A stretch of DNA of 64,000 nt from Thermoanaerobaculia bacterium (GCA_963719225.1 CAVRAY010000001.1:992001-1056000), one strand, 5' to 3'; counted from the first letter of the stretch, positions 9,957 through 23,629 are shown. Program-made: numbers and translations. Notes: generated by a model from the sequence alone, not told the origin.

Positions 9957-11901
9957 CGCGGATCTCCCGGAGCGACGCGTACGAAGAGCGTGCGGAAATC
10001 GGAGCTGCCCGTGAGCTCGTGCGGGACGAACGTCGGGCGTCCGCTCAGGCGAACGACCCGCGCGCCCGCGGTTACCGGCACGTCCAAATCGCGCACGGCA
10101 TTCGCGGGAACCTCGATCGAAGGTTCGCTTCTTCCGTCGACGTCGATCGCGAGCGTCACCGAAGCTCCGTCCGGGCGCGCATTCTCGACGCGGAAGGACA
10201 CGGAGGTCTCGCCGGGGCGGATCTCCCGACAAACGCGCGGACCGCTCCAGCGGAACGGGTTCGGCGCTCTTCCGGCCGGGTACAGGCCGATCCAGCGTCC
10301 GAGCCGGAACGGCGCGGAAGGACGGGCCGTGGGGAGGACCGCGAGGATCGCTCCGAGGATACCCGCCGCCGCGAGGATGCCCGGAACGTGGGCTCCGTTC
10401 TCCGGCTCGGGCGGGAGTTCGCGCTCCCCGGGACGCGGCACGAAGAGAAACGCCGCAATGAGCCCCGTGAAGAGGCCGATCTCCGTGAAGCGCAGGTGCG
10501 ATCCCGTCTGGCAGGCGACGAGGAAGGCGAGAAGCGCGGCGCCGGCTCCGCGCACCGCAGGATCGAGAGGAGACTTCGAAAAGGCCGCCCTCCACGCGCG
10601 GGACACGAGCGGAGCCACGGCGCAAAGAGCGAGGACGAGTCCGGGAAGCCCGCACTCAGCGGCGACCTCGAGGAGAGCATTCGTCGCGCCGTCGGTCACG
10701 AGGATCTCGCCGTGGCGGCGCGCGTACGCGACCGGGAATTCGTACGGGAACCCGGCCAGACCGATTCCCGAGAGCGGCTCATCCCACGTCATCTCGAGAG
10801 CCGTCCGCCAGAAAAGCGTGCGATGGTTCGCGAGGTCGGCGAAGCTCGACGACGACAGGCCCGCTCCGAGACGCTGCAGGAGGCCGCCGGCCGCGATGCC
10901 GCCACCGCGCGGCAGGACCCGAACGAGGACGCCCCCGGCGACCAGGAGGGCGAGAAGCGCCGCACCGAGCGCTTTCGGGGAAACGGCCTTCGCGCGCGAA
11001 AGCCCGATCGCGCCGAGCACGAGTCCCGCTCCACCGAGGAGAAGCCCGGTGCGCGACCCGGAGGCCTCGAGCGCGACAGGCGCGGCCACGAGCCCGACGA
11101 GCGCGAGGGCGCGCCGGCCGGCGTCCGTCGGAGAGCCGCGCCGCACGAGGGCCGCGAAGAGAAGAGGCACGAGGAGGCCGATGCCGACCCCGAGGGCGTT
11201 CGGGTCCGTGAACGTCCCCGCCCGGCGATGCATGTCGGACCAGGGACGGAAAGTCGGATCGAGAGGAGCGAAGCGGCTCGACGCGGCGAAGACGAAAGCG
11301 GCTGCCGCGCCCGCGACGGTCGCGAGGAGGAGGCGGTCGGCGTCCGGGGAGGAGCGGGAAAAACGCGCGAAGACCTCGAGCGCGACGAGCAGGAGGACGA
11401 GTCCGAGAAACGTGAGGATCGCGGCGCGGCTTCTGTCGGCGGCCGTCATGCCGAGCGTGTTCACACTCAGCGGTTCGACCCGGCCTCGGAACAGAAGGTA
11501 GAGCGTCTCGCCGCGCGCGACCGAGGCGGCCGCCGAGAAAGCGGCGAGCGTGAGGAATGCGGCGGCGTACCGCCGGAGGGAAAGCGGAAGGAGAGAGTCT
11601 TCTCCACGCGAGATCGAGCCCGCGAGCGCGCTTCCGAGCACGGCCAGCGCCAGCGCGGCGAGGACGGGCGGCCCGGATCGGTCTCCCGAAAGGCGCGCGA
11701 GGCCGGGCGCGAGCGGGATCAGGAACGCGAGCGCCGGAACCGCGATCCGGGGTCGAAGAAAGCCGACCGCGAGTCCGGCGGCCGAAAGGCCGAGCGCGAC
11801 GGTGCGCGTGGCCTGCGCCGTCGAGGCCGGGAACGAGCCGAAAGCCAGGGCGAGGAGCACGATCGTCGCGCCGAAGGCCAGAGCCCCGCGGCGCGCCGGA
11901 G

Positions 11902-11905
<4 letters not shown>
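9953..11905 (-). CDS. O-antigen ligase (Wzy_C) family membrane protein, paralogue
   Basis: [25 protein letters not shown] and [14 protein letters not shown] motifs. Start uncertain, placed at the carB stop. Confidence 0.82.
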
Positions 11906-15117
<3,212 letters not shown>

Positions 15118-15225
15118 CGGTCGAGGGAGTTTACGGGAAGCGCTGGTGGCGTGTGGCGCCCGCGGCGCGCCCGAGTTAGAGTCTCGTGTGAGTCGTTGAA
15201 GAGAAAGAAGAGGAGATTTCTGAGA

Positions 15226-15921
15226 ATGAGAAGAGGACTTTGGAACGCTCTCGTCGGGTTCGGAATCGCAGCGGTCGCACTCATGGCGGCGCCGACCGCT
15301 CTCTCCTCTTCCAGGAAGACACCCACTCCCGCCGCCGAGGCGTCCGCCGCGAAAACCTCTTCGAACAAGTCCGCAAAGACCGAGAAGATCAACCTGAACA
15401 CCGCCGACGAGAAGATGATCGCCGGGGCGAAGGGCGTCGGGGACAAGCTCGCGCAGGAGCTCGTGAAGAACCGCCCGTACCGGACGTGGGAAGAGGTCTC
15501 GAAGGTCAAGGGCGTCGGCTCGGGCAAGAAGCTCGAATCCTTGAAGAAGGTCCTCAAGCTGAGCGAGGGCGTCGGGACGACCGCCGCAAAGGAAGAGCCG
15601 GCTGCGGTGAAAAGGGAGACGAAGGGCACGGGCAAGGCGACAGAGTCCGCCTCGCCCTCTTCACCTTCTAAGAAATCTTCTTCTTCTTCTTCTTCTTCTT
15701 CCTCGTCAGCGAAGCTCGCGCCCGGCACGAAGATCAACATCAACACGGCCACGAGGGAAGAGCTCGAAACGCTGCCGGAGATCGGTCCGGTGAAGGCGCA
15801 GGCCATCGTGGATTACCGCAACGCGAACGGGAGGTTCGCCGCGCCCGAGGACGTCATGAAGGTGACGGGTATCAAGGAAGGCACGTTCGCCAAGATCAAG
15901 GACTACATCGTCGTGAAGTGA
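15226..15921 (+). CDS. comEA: ComEA-like secreted DNA-binding protein with two helix-hairpin-helix domains
   Basis: Signal peptide, then KINLNTA...KGVG and [36 protein letters not shown], joined by a Ser/Lys-rich linker. Confidence 0.85.
   Translation: MRRGLWNALVGFGIAAVALMAAPTALSSSRKTPTPAAEASAAKTSSNKSAKTEKINLNTADEKMIAGAKGVGDKLAQELVKNRPYRTWEEVSKVKGVGSGKKLESLKKVLKLSEGVGTTAAKEEPAAVKRETKGTGKATESASPSSPSKKSSSSSSSSSSSAKLAPGTKININTATREELETLPEIGPVKAQAIVDYRNANGRFAAPEDVMKVTGIKEGTFAKIKDYIVVK
15676..15699 (+). repeat. (TCT)8 in-frame microsatellite encoding poly-Ser
   Basis: Eight perfect TCT units read directly from the sequence. Confidence 0.95.
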
Positions 15922-16283
15922 TGGGACTTCTCGACGCGCTCATGAATCAGGTCGCCGCCGTGGTGGGGGGCGACGATCCCCGGCATCAGACTCTCGCGAG
16001 CGAGATTTGCAACATGGTCACGGGGCGGGGGGGCCCCGGCCTTCAGCGCCTCCTGGATCTCTTCTACCAGAAGGGGCTCGGCGACGAGATCTCCTCGTGG
16101 ATCTCGAAGCACCCGAACCTGCCGATCACGCCCGAGCAGATTCAAGGCGTTCTCGGCGATGAAAAGGTGAAGGAGCTCGCGGAAAAAGCGGGAATGTCGA
16201 CGCAGGAAGCGAGCGAAGCGCTCTCACGGATGCTTCCGCGGATCGTCGACATGGCGACGCCGACCGGCCGTGCGCCCGGATGA
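15921..16283 (+). CDS. YidB/DUF937 family protein
   Basis: MGLLD...GLGDEISSWIS..PNLPITPEQIQGVLG...LPRIVDMATP. Confidence 0.88.
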   Translation: MGLLDALMNQVAAVVGGDDPRHQTLASEICNMVTGRGGPGLQRLLDLFYQKGLGDEISSWISKHPNLPITPEQIQGVLGDEKVKELAEKAGMSTQEASEALSRMLPRIVDMATPTGRAPG

Positions 16284-16304
16284 CGGTGAAGTAGGATCGC
16301 CGGC

Positions 16305-16718
16305 ATGGGTCTTCTGGACGAGGTGATGAGTCAGTTCGGCGCGGCGACCGGGCGGCCGATCGAGCCCGGGCACCACGGCCTCGCGCGGGAGCTCCTGGGT
16401 ATGTTCGCTCCGTCGGGGATGTCCGGAGGCCTCGCGAACCTCATCAACATCTGTCACCAGCGCGGGCTCGGCGACGCCGTGAACTCCTGGATCTCGACCG
16501 GCGAGAACCTGCCCATCACCGCCGAGCAGGTGAAGACCATCCTGGGGAGCTCGGAAATCCAGTCGCTCGCGTCGCGTGCCGGGATCGACCCGGACGCGAC
16601 GGTCGCGGCGTGCGCGCGGATCCTCCCTCTTCTCGTCGACAAGGCCACGCCCGACGGACGGATCCCCTCCACGGGCGAGCTCCTCCGCACGATTTCGGGG
16701 TCCTTCAAGAAGAGCTGA
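16305..16718 (+). CDS. YidB/DUF937 family protein, tandem paralogue
   Basis: MGLLD...GLGDAVNSWISTGENLPITAEQV...LPLLVDKATPDGRIP. Confidence 0.88.
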   Translation: MGLLDEVMSQFGAATGRPIEPGHHGLARELLGMFAPSGMSGGLANLINICHQRGLGDAVNSWISTGENLPITAEQVKTILGSSEIQSLASRAGIDPDATVAACARILPLLVDKATPDGRIPSTGELLRTISGSFKKS

Positions 16719-16732
16719 GGCCGGAGGCCGCC

Positions 16733-17158
16733 ATGCTCATCGGCGCCCACTCGATCCTCTACAGCGCGAGTCCCGAAGCAGATCGCGCGTTCCTGCGCGA
16801 CGTCCTCGGGCTCCGGGGCGTCGACGTGGGCGGCGGGTGGTTGATCTTCGGCCTGCCGCCGGCCGAGCTCGCCGTGCATCCGTCCGACGTCAACGACGTG
16901 CACGAGTTCTACCTGATGTGCGACGACGTCGACTCCCTCGTCTCGGAAATGAAGAAGCGCTCGGTCGTCTGTTCTCCCGTCCAGGACCAGGGTTGGGGCC
17001 GTCTCACCCACCTCACGCTCCCCGGCGGCGGGAAGCTCGGCATCTACCAGCCGCGACACGCGCGGCCGAAAACGGCGCGGGCCGCGAGAAAGCCGGCCGC
17101 GGCCGCGAAAAGGCGTGCGAGCCAGAGGAAGCCGAGCCGCGGGAGGAAAAGGACGTAG
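16733..17158 (+). CDS. VOC/glyoxalase family protein with basic C-terminal tail
   Basis: GGAGG RBS. GAHSILYS, GGGWLIF, HEFYLMCDD and QGWG motifs. Confidence 0.85.
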   Translation: MLIGAHSILYSASPEADRAFLRDVLGLRGVDVGGGWLIFGLPPAELAVHPSDVNDVHEFYLMCDDVDSLVSEMKKRSVVCSPVQDQGWGRLTHLTLPGGGKLGIYQPRHARPKTARAARKPAAAAKRRASQRKPSRGRKRT

Positions 17159-17247
17159 CTCGCGTATCGCCGACCAGCGTTCCGGATCGGGCTTGATGCA
17201 TCTGAGAGATCCTCCCGCGGGCGTGCGGGCGGTACGATGCCGCGGCC

Positions 17248-18624
17248 ATGCCGCGAACGATCGCGATCCACAAGTTCGGGGGGACGTCGCTGGGCGACGC
17301 CTCCCGCATCCGCAATGCCGCCCGGCTCCTCGCCGCGGCGCGCAGGCGGCGTCCCGTCGTGGCGGTCGCGTCCGCGATGGGAGGGGTGACCGACGTCCTC
17401 CTCCAGGCGGCGCGCGACGCCGAGGGCGGCCGTATCGGTCTCGCCCGCAAGGCCGTCGAGGCGCTCCACGCCCGTCACGCCGCCGCCGCCAAGGAGCTCG
17501 GCGTCCGCTTCGAGGCGGCGCCGCTCCGCGAGCTCTCGGCCGCGCTTGAAGGCGTGTCGCTTTTGCGCGAACGCACGGCCCGCGTCACCGACCTCGTCTC
17601 CTCGTTCGGCGAGCGCCTGTCCGCGCCCCTCCTCGCGGCCGCCCTGACGAAGGCCGGCGTCCCGGCGCGCGCTGTCGACGCCCGCGAGCTGCTCGTCACC
17701 GACGACCGACACGGCGCCGCCACGTGCGACCGCAAGCGGAGCGACCCGCGCGTGAGGCGCAAGCTCAGGCCGATTCTCGCGGCCGGCGTCCTGCCCGTCG
17801 TGACCGGGTTCATCGCGCGGAGCGCGAAGGGCGAGACGACCACGCTTGGCCGTTCGGGCTCGGACACGACGGCCGCGCTCCTCGGGGCGGCTCTCCTGGC
17901 GCGGGAGGTCGTCATCTGGACGGATGTCGACGGCGTCCTTTCGGCGGATCCGCGCCTCGTCAGGGGAGCGCGCCTCCTCCCGCGCCTGTCGTACCGCGAG
18001 GCGGCGGAGATGACGTTTTTCGGCGCCAAGGTGCTGCACTTCCCGGCCGTCCTGCCCGCCATCGCCGAGGAGATTCCGCTCGTCATCCGGAACTCCTTCC
18101 GGCCGCAGATCCGCGGCACCACGATTGCGAAGAAGGGCGACGGGAAATCCGGAATCCGCGCCGTGACCGCAGTGCCGGGGATGTGCCTGCTCTCTCTGGA
18201 CGGGCGCGGGATGACGGGCATTCCGGGTATCGCGGCGCGCGTGTTCTCGGCGACGGCCCGGCTCGGCGTCTCGGTCGTCATGTTCTCCCAGGCGTCCTCG
18301 GAGCAGAACATCGCGCTCGTGATTCCGGAGGGAGATCGCGCGCGCACCGTCGCCGCGCTCGAGCAGGAGTTCCGCTGGGAACGCCTCACGGGCGCGATCG
18401 ATTCCGTGAACGCGCGCGCCCCGATCGCCGTCATCGCGGCGGTCGGCGAGGGAATGCGCGGCACGCCCGGGATCGCCGCGAAGGTCTTCGCGGCCGTCGC
18501 GCGCGCGAAGGTGAACGTGGAGTCCATCGCTCAGGGCTCGTCGGAGTGCAACATCAGCTTCGCGGTAGCCGGGAAGGATCGTGACAAGGCCGTGAGGGCT
18601 TTGCATCGGGTCGTTGCTTCTTGA
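17248..18624 (+). CDS. Aspartate kinase (monofunctional, two ACT domains)
   Basis: KFGGTS, SFGERLS, TTLGRSGSD, WTDVDG and FGAKVLH motifs. Confidence 0.95.
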   Translation: MPRTIAIHKFGGTSLGDASRIRNAARLLAAARRRRPVVAVASAMGGVTDVLLQAARDAEGGRIGLARKAVEALHARHAAAAKELGVRFEAAPLRELSAALEGVSLLRERTARVTDLVSSFGERLSAPLLAAALTKAGVPARAVDARELLVTDDRHGAATCDRKRSDPRVRRKLRPILAAGVLPVVTGFIARSAKGETTTLGRSGSDTTAALLGAALLAREVVIWTDVDGVLSADPRLVRGARLLPRLSYREAAEMTFFGAKVLHFPAVLPAIAEEIPLVIRNSFRPQIRGTTIAKKGDGKSGIRAVTAVPGMCLLSLDGRGMTGIPGIAARVFSATARLGVSVVMFSQASSEQNIALVIPEGDRARTVAALEQEFRWERLTGAIDSVNARAPIAVIAAVGEGMRGTPGIAAKVFAAVARAKVNVESIAQGSSECNISFAVAGKDRDKAVRALHRVVAS

Positions 18625-19592
18625 AATTCTCTTCCTCTTCAGTTTCCGTCTTTGCTCCCGCTTCCGTCGCGAACTTCGGGGTCGGTTTCGACCTGCTCGG
18701 CGCCGCGCTGGACGGCCCGGGAGACACGCTCACGGCCCGGCTTTCGTCCGCGCCCGGCGTGAGGGTCGTCTCGATCTCGGGCGACGGCGGGCGGCTGCCG
18801 CTCGATCCACGCCTCAACACGGCCGCGGTCTCGGCGGCCGCCGTCCTCGCCGCGCTGGGCGGCAAGGGGAAGCGCCGCGGCGGCATCGAGCTGACGCTCG
18901 AGAAGGGTCTTCCGCTCTCGAGCGGGCTCGGCTCCTCGGCGGCTTCCGCCGCCGCCGGGGCTTATGCCGCCGGCCTCCTTCTCGGCGAGCGCGACCGGCT
19001 CAAGCTGCTTCGCGCGGCGCTCGAGGGCGAGCACGCCGCCGACGGGTCGTGGCACGCGGACAACGTGTCCGCCTCGCTGCTCGGTGGATTCGTCCTCGTG
19101 CCCTCGTCCGAACCCAACGGCCACCTCGCTCCGATTCCGCTTCGCATTCCCCCGCGCGCCCGCTTCGTCGTCGTCGTTCCCGACCTCGAGCTGGCCACGC
19201 GGCGCTCGCGCGGCGTCCTGCCGCGGACGATCCGGATGGGCGCCCACACGGCGCACGCCGGCGCCCTCGCGCGCCTCGTCCTCGCGCTCTCCTCCGGGAA
19301 TCTCGCCGAGGCGGGAGAATGCCTCGTCCAGGACCGTCTCGTGGATCCGAAGCGCCTCCCGCTCGTGCGCGGAGGCCGCGCCGCGCTCGACGCTCTCCTT
19401 TACGCGGGCGCGTACGGCGCCTGCCTCGCGGGGGCCGGGCCGGCCCTCGTCGCCTTGACCGAGGAATCGCGCGATGCGGAAGGGATCGGCCGCGCCGCGG
19501 TGTCCGCGTGGAAGCGCGCGGGGATCGCAGCGCGCGCAAGCGTGCATCGCATCGACCGGCGCGGGACGCGGCTCGCCGGGACGCGCGCGTGA
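18621..19592 (+). CDS. thrB: Homoserine kinase
   Basis: PASVANFGVGFD, GHMP loop GLPLSSGLGSSA, HADNV. Confidence 0.95.
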   Translation: MKFSSSSVSVFAPASVANFGVGFDLLGAALDGPGDTLTARLSSAPGVRVVSISGDGGRLPLDPRLNTAAVSAAAVLAALGGKGKRRGGIELTLEKGLPLSSGLGSSAASAAAGAYAAGLLLGERDRLKLLRAALEGEHAADGSWHADNVSASLLGGFVLVPSSEPNGHLAPIPLRIPPRARFVVVVPDLELATRRSRGVLPRTIRMGAHTAHAGALARLVLALSSGNLAEAGECLVQDRLVDPKRLPLVRGGRAALDALLYAGAYGACLAGAGPALVALTEESRDAEGIGRAAVSAWKRAGIAARASVHRIDRRGTRLAGTRA

Positions 19593-20890
19593 GCGGGCTC
19601 TCGACGTTCCGCTGCCTGGCCTGCGGCGCGAGCTCTCCTCTCTCGGGAGCGCGCACGTCCTGCGCTTCCTGCGGCGGCCTCCTCGACGTCGTGTCCGACC
19701 TCCGCGCGTTCGGGCGGACCGGCGATTCCTGGCGCGACCTTTTCGACCGGCGGAGGGCTGCCGCGCCGTCGGAAGCGACGCGGCCTCGCGAGGTGAGCGG
19801 GGTCTGGCGCTTCCGCGAGCACGTTCTTCCGGACCTTCCGGAGAGCGGCATCGTGAGCAAGCCCGAGGGCGCGACACGGCTCTACGCGGCCGGCGCGCTC
19901 GGCGAGGAGCTTTCCTTCTCGCGCCTCTTCGTCAAGCACGAAGGCGAGAACCCGACGCTCTCGTTCAAGGACCGCGGCATGACCGCGGGCGTCTCTTGGG
20001 CGCGGGTTTCGGGTTTTTCGACCGTCGCGTGCGCTTCGACCGGCGACACGTCGGCGGCGCTCGCGGCCTACGCCGCCGAGGTGCCCGGCATGCGCGCCGT
20101 CGTCCTCGTGCCGGACGCGAAGATCACGGAAGAGCAGCTCAGCCAGGCGCTCGCGTACGGGGCGACGACGCTCGGCCTCGACACGGACTTCGACGGCTGC
20201 ATGCGTCTCGTCGGCGAGCTGACCGCCGCCCGTCCCGTCTTTCTCCTGAACTCGAAGAATCCCGTGCGTATCGAGGGGCAGAAGACCATCGGATGGGAGA
20301 TCGTGCAGGATCTCGGCTGGCGCGTGCCGGACTGGATCGTCCTGCCGGTCGGGAACGCGGGCAACATCTCGGCGATCGGCAAGGGCCTGCGGGAGTGGCT
20401 CCACCTCGGCATCATCGCGAAGAAGCCACGCCTCGCGGGAATCCAGGCCGCGGCCGCGGATCCTTTCTACCAGTCGTACCGGAAGGACTTCAAAGAGCGC
20501 GTCACCCGCGTCGCCGGCGAGACGGCGGCCTCGGCGATCCGCATCGGAGCTCCGGTGTCACACCCGCGCGCCGAGCGCGAGATCCGCTTCTTCGACGGCG
20601 TGGTGGAGAGCGTGACGGAAACCGAGCTCCTCGACGCCTTCGCGCTCGCGAACCGGCGCGGTCTCGCAATCTGCCCGAACTCGGCCGTCGCCCTCGCGGG
20701 CGCGGCGAAGCTGCGCCGGGCGGGCGTGATCCAGAAGGACGACCTCGTCGTCGTCGTCGCGACCGCCCACGCGCTCAAGTTCTCGGGAACGATGTCCGCG
20801 TACCACAAGGGTGGCGGCCGCCTCGCGAACCCGCCGCGCCGCCTCCCGGCGACGCTCGACGCGATTCTCGAGGCGCTGAGGGAGACCTAG
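19589..20890 (+). CDS. thrC: Threonine synthase
   Basis: GTG overlaps the thrB stop. N-terminal CxxC...CxxC, NPTLSFKDRG, ASTGDTS and PVGNAGN motifs. Confidence 0.95.
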   Translation: MSGLSTFRCLACGASSPLSGARTSCASCGGLLDVVSDLRAFGRTGDSWRDLFDRRRAAAPSEATRPREVSGVWRFREHVLPDLPESGIVSKPEGATRLYAAGALGEELSFSRLFVKHEGENPTLSFKDRGMTAGVSWARVSGFSTVACASTGDTSAALAAYAAEVPGMRAVVLVPDAKITEEQLSQALAYGATTLGLDTDFDGCMRLVGELTAARPVFLLNSKNPVRIEGQKTIGWEIVQDLGWRVPDWIVLPVGNAGNISAIGKGLREWLHLGIIAKKPRLAGIQAAAADPFYQSYRKDFKERVTRVAGETAASAIRIGAPVSHPRAEREIRFFDGVVESVTETELLDAFALANRRGLAICPNSAVALAGAAKLRRAGVIQKDDLVVVVATAHALKFSGTMSAYHKGGGRLANPPRRLPATLDAILEALRET

Positions 20891-21282
20891 CGGCGAGCGA
20901 GATAGTCGCGCGGCCGAAGGACCAGGACGCCGTCGATTCTCTTTCCGAAGAGTTGCTTGAAGTCCCGGAGATCGCCGGTGATCAGGTGGGTCGCTCCCGA
21001 GGCGATGGCGGCCTGGAGGATCGGCATGTCCTTTGCCCGAAGAAAAACCCCATCCGGCAAAGCCTGCCCCGGCCGCGCACCAGGGACCACATCGACGCGT
21101 TGCATGAGCTTTTCCAGGCGGGCGCGTTGCGCCCGGTCTTCGATGTTGCGAATCGTTTCCGCGAGTGCGTACGCCGAGGTCACGAGAGTCGCTCCATCGA
21201 CCTTCCAGAGTTCGGCGACGCCCGCTTTCTCCTTCCAGGACGCCGAGAACAGCACGTTCGCGTCGAGGAAAATACGATCCAC
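20887..21282 (-). CDS. PIN-domain toxin (VapC-like)
   Basis: IFLDANVLFS...E...KDMPIL...LITGDLRDF. Confidence 0.88.
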   Translation of the reverse strand: MDRIFLDANVLFSASWKEKAGVAELWKVDGATLVTSAYALAETIRNIEDRAQRARLEKLMQRVDVVPGARPGQALPDGVFLRAKDMPILQAAIASGATHLITGDLRDFKQLFGKRIDGVLVLRPRDYLARR

Positions 21283-21285
21283 GGG

Positions 21286-21576
21286 TCAGCGCGACGGAGG
21301 CGTGTGGGGAATCTCGTCGGGGTCGAGACCCATCTTCTTGACTTCCCGCCGTGCGCGCGCGTAGTCGGCGGGTCCGACGGAATTCTCGAGAAGGAACCCG
21401 GCCTTGCGTTCTTTCGTGTAGATCTCGACCGGGATCGCCTCGGCGGGCCGGATCACGACACCATCCCGCCCCTCGTCGAAAAGGACGAGCGAGCCCTCTT
21501 CCATGTGGAAACGCTTGCGCAGCTTCGCGGGGATGACGATGGTTCCGCGCTTCCCGACCCGTGCCGGCTCTCCCAT
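21286..21576 (-). CDS. AbrB/MazE/SpoVT family antitoxin
   Basis: VGKRGTIVIPAKLRKRF, directly upstream of the PIN gene. Confidence 0.9.
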   Translation of the reverse strand: MGEPARVGKRGTIVIPAKLRKRFHMEEGSLVLFDEGRDGVVIRPAEAIPVEIYTKERKAGFLLENSVGPADYARARREVKKMGLDPDEIPHTPPSR

Positions 21577-21578
21577 AG

Positions 21579-21611
21579 TCTGATTATCAGATATTCGGGC
21601 GCCTCGTTCAA
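21579..21611 (-). promoter_or_regulatory. Sigma70-type promoter with palindromic operator for the toxin-antitoxin operon
   Basis: TTGAAC-17 nt-GATAAT ending 6 nt before the ATG. Palindrome TCTGAT-T-ATCAGA (21579-21591) covers the -10. Confidence 0.65.
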
Positions 21612-21655
21612 GATCGACGCTGGGGCGAAAAAGCGGGCTGTGCTAGCGTCGCCGC

Positions 21656-23611
21656 GTGGCCGGGGACGAAGCGTCGGCGGAAGGCTCGCCGCCCCACGCG
21701 ACCCGGCGTGGCGCGCGATTCCGCCGCGCCTCTGACGTCCTCACCGGTCAGCTTCGCGTCCACGATCCCTTCGAGCTGATCCGATGGCTGGCGCTCAGCC
21801 AACCCGATCCCCGCAAGGCGGTGGCCGAGCTCGTCCAGAACAGCCTCGACGCAGGCGCGCATTCGATCCGGCTGACCCGCGTTCGCGAGCGAGGCGTGCC
21901 GATGATGAAGATCGTCGACGACGGCGAAGGGGTCATCCCCGAGCTCGACCGGGCGGAAGCGCTCCGCTACATCGCAACTCACGTCGGGCACAGCCGCAAG
22001 CGCTCGCTGTCTCCGGCGCAGCGCCTGCAGCTCATGACGCAGGGGCAGTATGGCATCGGTCTTCTCGGATTCTGGAGCCTCGGGGAGATGCTCGAGATCC
22101 GGACGTCTCTCCTCGGCCAGCGCGCTCACCGCCTCGTCCTCTACCGCGACCGGCCCGACTTCCTGATCGAGCCGCTGCGCGGGCGTCTCCCCTTCGACGA
22201 GCGCTATACGGAGGTCGTCGTCGCAGGGCTGCACCGCGAGGCGATGAGCGCGCTGGCCGGCCGGCGCATCGCAGACTACCTCGGCGCCGAGCTGCGCGGC
22301 CAGATCCTGGCGCGGAAAGCGCGGATGGTGGTCGAGGACCGGATGTCGCGCGGTTTGGCCCAGAAAGTCATCGCCGTCGACCCGCCCCGCTTCCTCGGCG
22401 AGCGTCTCGAAGGCCTGGGCCCGCTCGAAGTGACGGGACATCCGCCCATCAGGCTGGAGATCTACGCCGCAGGCGAGACCGAGAGGAACGGCGAATCCGC
22501 TCACGGCCTCGCCGTTTACGCCGCGGGGACGCTGGTCGCCGAGAGCTTCCAGGAGCTGGCCTCGATCGGTCTCGACCATCTCCCCTGGACCGACCCGCGC
22601 CTGGCCGGGCTCGTCGACTTCCCGTCGCTTCGTGTGGCTCCCGGGAGCCGGCGCGGAGTCGTGCCCGACGAGGCGGCCGGCGTGCTGGCCGAGGCACTCG
22701 CACGTGTCGCCCCCGCTGTCGAGAGCCTGCTGGAAGGGCTCGAGCGCCGCCGCGAGGAGGAGCTGGACCGGACCCTCGTCCGCGACCTCCAGCGTGCCTT
22801 CCGCGATTTCTACAGGCAGCGCCCGCGCTACTCGATGCTTCCGGTGGACCGCGCGCGCGAGAGTGCCGGCAGCGAACCGTCGGCCGGCGCGAGCGGAGCG
22901 GTCGCTCGGGCGCAGGAGCCCGAGGAGCCGCTCGGCGGGGCGGACGACGACGTTTCGACCTTTCTCTTCGAGCCCGGGCCGCTCCACTCCGTCCGCCTCA
23001 CTCCGTCGCCCCTCCGCGTCGAGTGCGGCGGCCGGCGGCAGGCCACGGCTCTTGCCGAGGACGAGGAGAGACGGCCGGTCGCGCGCGGCGTCACGTTCTC
23101 GTGGTCGCTCGAGGGGAATGTCGGTGCGCTCGCCGAGGCCTCCGGCGGTTCGGGGGCGCGGTCGCGGGTGCTGTTCATCGGTGGCGAAAAACCGGGCGGG
23201 GGGATCCTCCGGGTCGTGGCTCGGGCTCCGGGAAAAGCCGCCTTCGCGGAGAGCGCGATCGAGGTCGTCGAAGAGCTCAAGCCAGGGCGCGCCGAGGGGA
23301 TTCCCGAGCCGGAGCTCGTCGACCAGCCCGGGATGCTGTGGCGCTCGCGCCTCGTGGACGGAAGGTGGCAGGTCAACAGTGGCCACCGCGAGTACCGCGC
23401 CATCGCTGACCGACCGACCCTCAAGCTCCGCTATCTGGCCCTCCTCTTCGCCAAGGAGGTCGTCCTCAGGAGCAGCGGCGACGTCCGGCTCTCCGAGCCG
23501 CTCGAGCAGCTCGTCGAGGTCGCTGCCTATGCGGACCGTAACCTCGTCGGCCGCCCGGGGAGGCGCGGACGTCAGCCGAAGCCACGCCCGGCAGAGGGCG
23601 AGGAGCGTTGA
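21656..23611 (+). CDS. GHKL (Hsp90/MORC-like) ATPase with uncharacterised C-terminal domains
   Basis: ELVQNSLDA (N box), VDDGEG (G1), GHSRK...GQYGIG (G2). Confidence 0.82.
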   Translation: MAGDEASAEGSPPHATRRGARFRRASDVLTGQLRVHDPFELIRWLALSQPDPRKAVAELVQNSLDAGAHSIRLTRVRERGVPMMKIVDDGEGVIPELDRAEALRYIATHVGHSRKRSLSPAQRLQLMTQGQYGIGLLGFWSLGEMLEIRTSLLGQRAHRLVLYRDRPDFLIEPLRGRLPFDERYTEVVVAGLHREAMSALAGRRIADYLGAELRGQILARKARMVVEDRMSRGLAQKVIAVDPPRFLGERLEGLGPLEVTGHPPIRLEIYAAGETERNGESAHGLAVYAAGTLVAESFQELASIGLDHLPWTDPRLAGLVDFPSLRVAPGSRRGVVPDEAAGVLAEALARVAPAVESLLEGLERRREEELDRTLVRDLQRAFRDFYRQRPRYSMLPVDRARESAGSEPSAGASGAVARAQEPEEPLGGADDDVSTFLFEPGPLHSVRLTPSPLRVECGGRRQATALAEDEERRPVARGVTFSWSLEGNVGALAEASGGSGARSRVLFIGGEKPGGGILRVVARAPGKAAFAESAIEVVEELKPGRAEGIPEPELVDQPGMLWRSRLVDGRWQVNSGHREYRAIADRPTLKLRYLALLFAKEVVLRSSGDVRLSEPLEQLVEVAAYADRNLVGRPGRRGRQPKPRPAEGEER

Positions 23612-23629
23612 ATGCGCAGCGGCGCCTCT

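Noticed and set aside
18622-18647. Pyrimidine-rich tract at the thrB start as another copy of the dispersed AT-rich motif
   Set aside because: It lacks the TTCT(A/C)AGAA core, so the similarity may be low complexity only.
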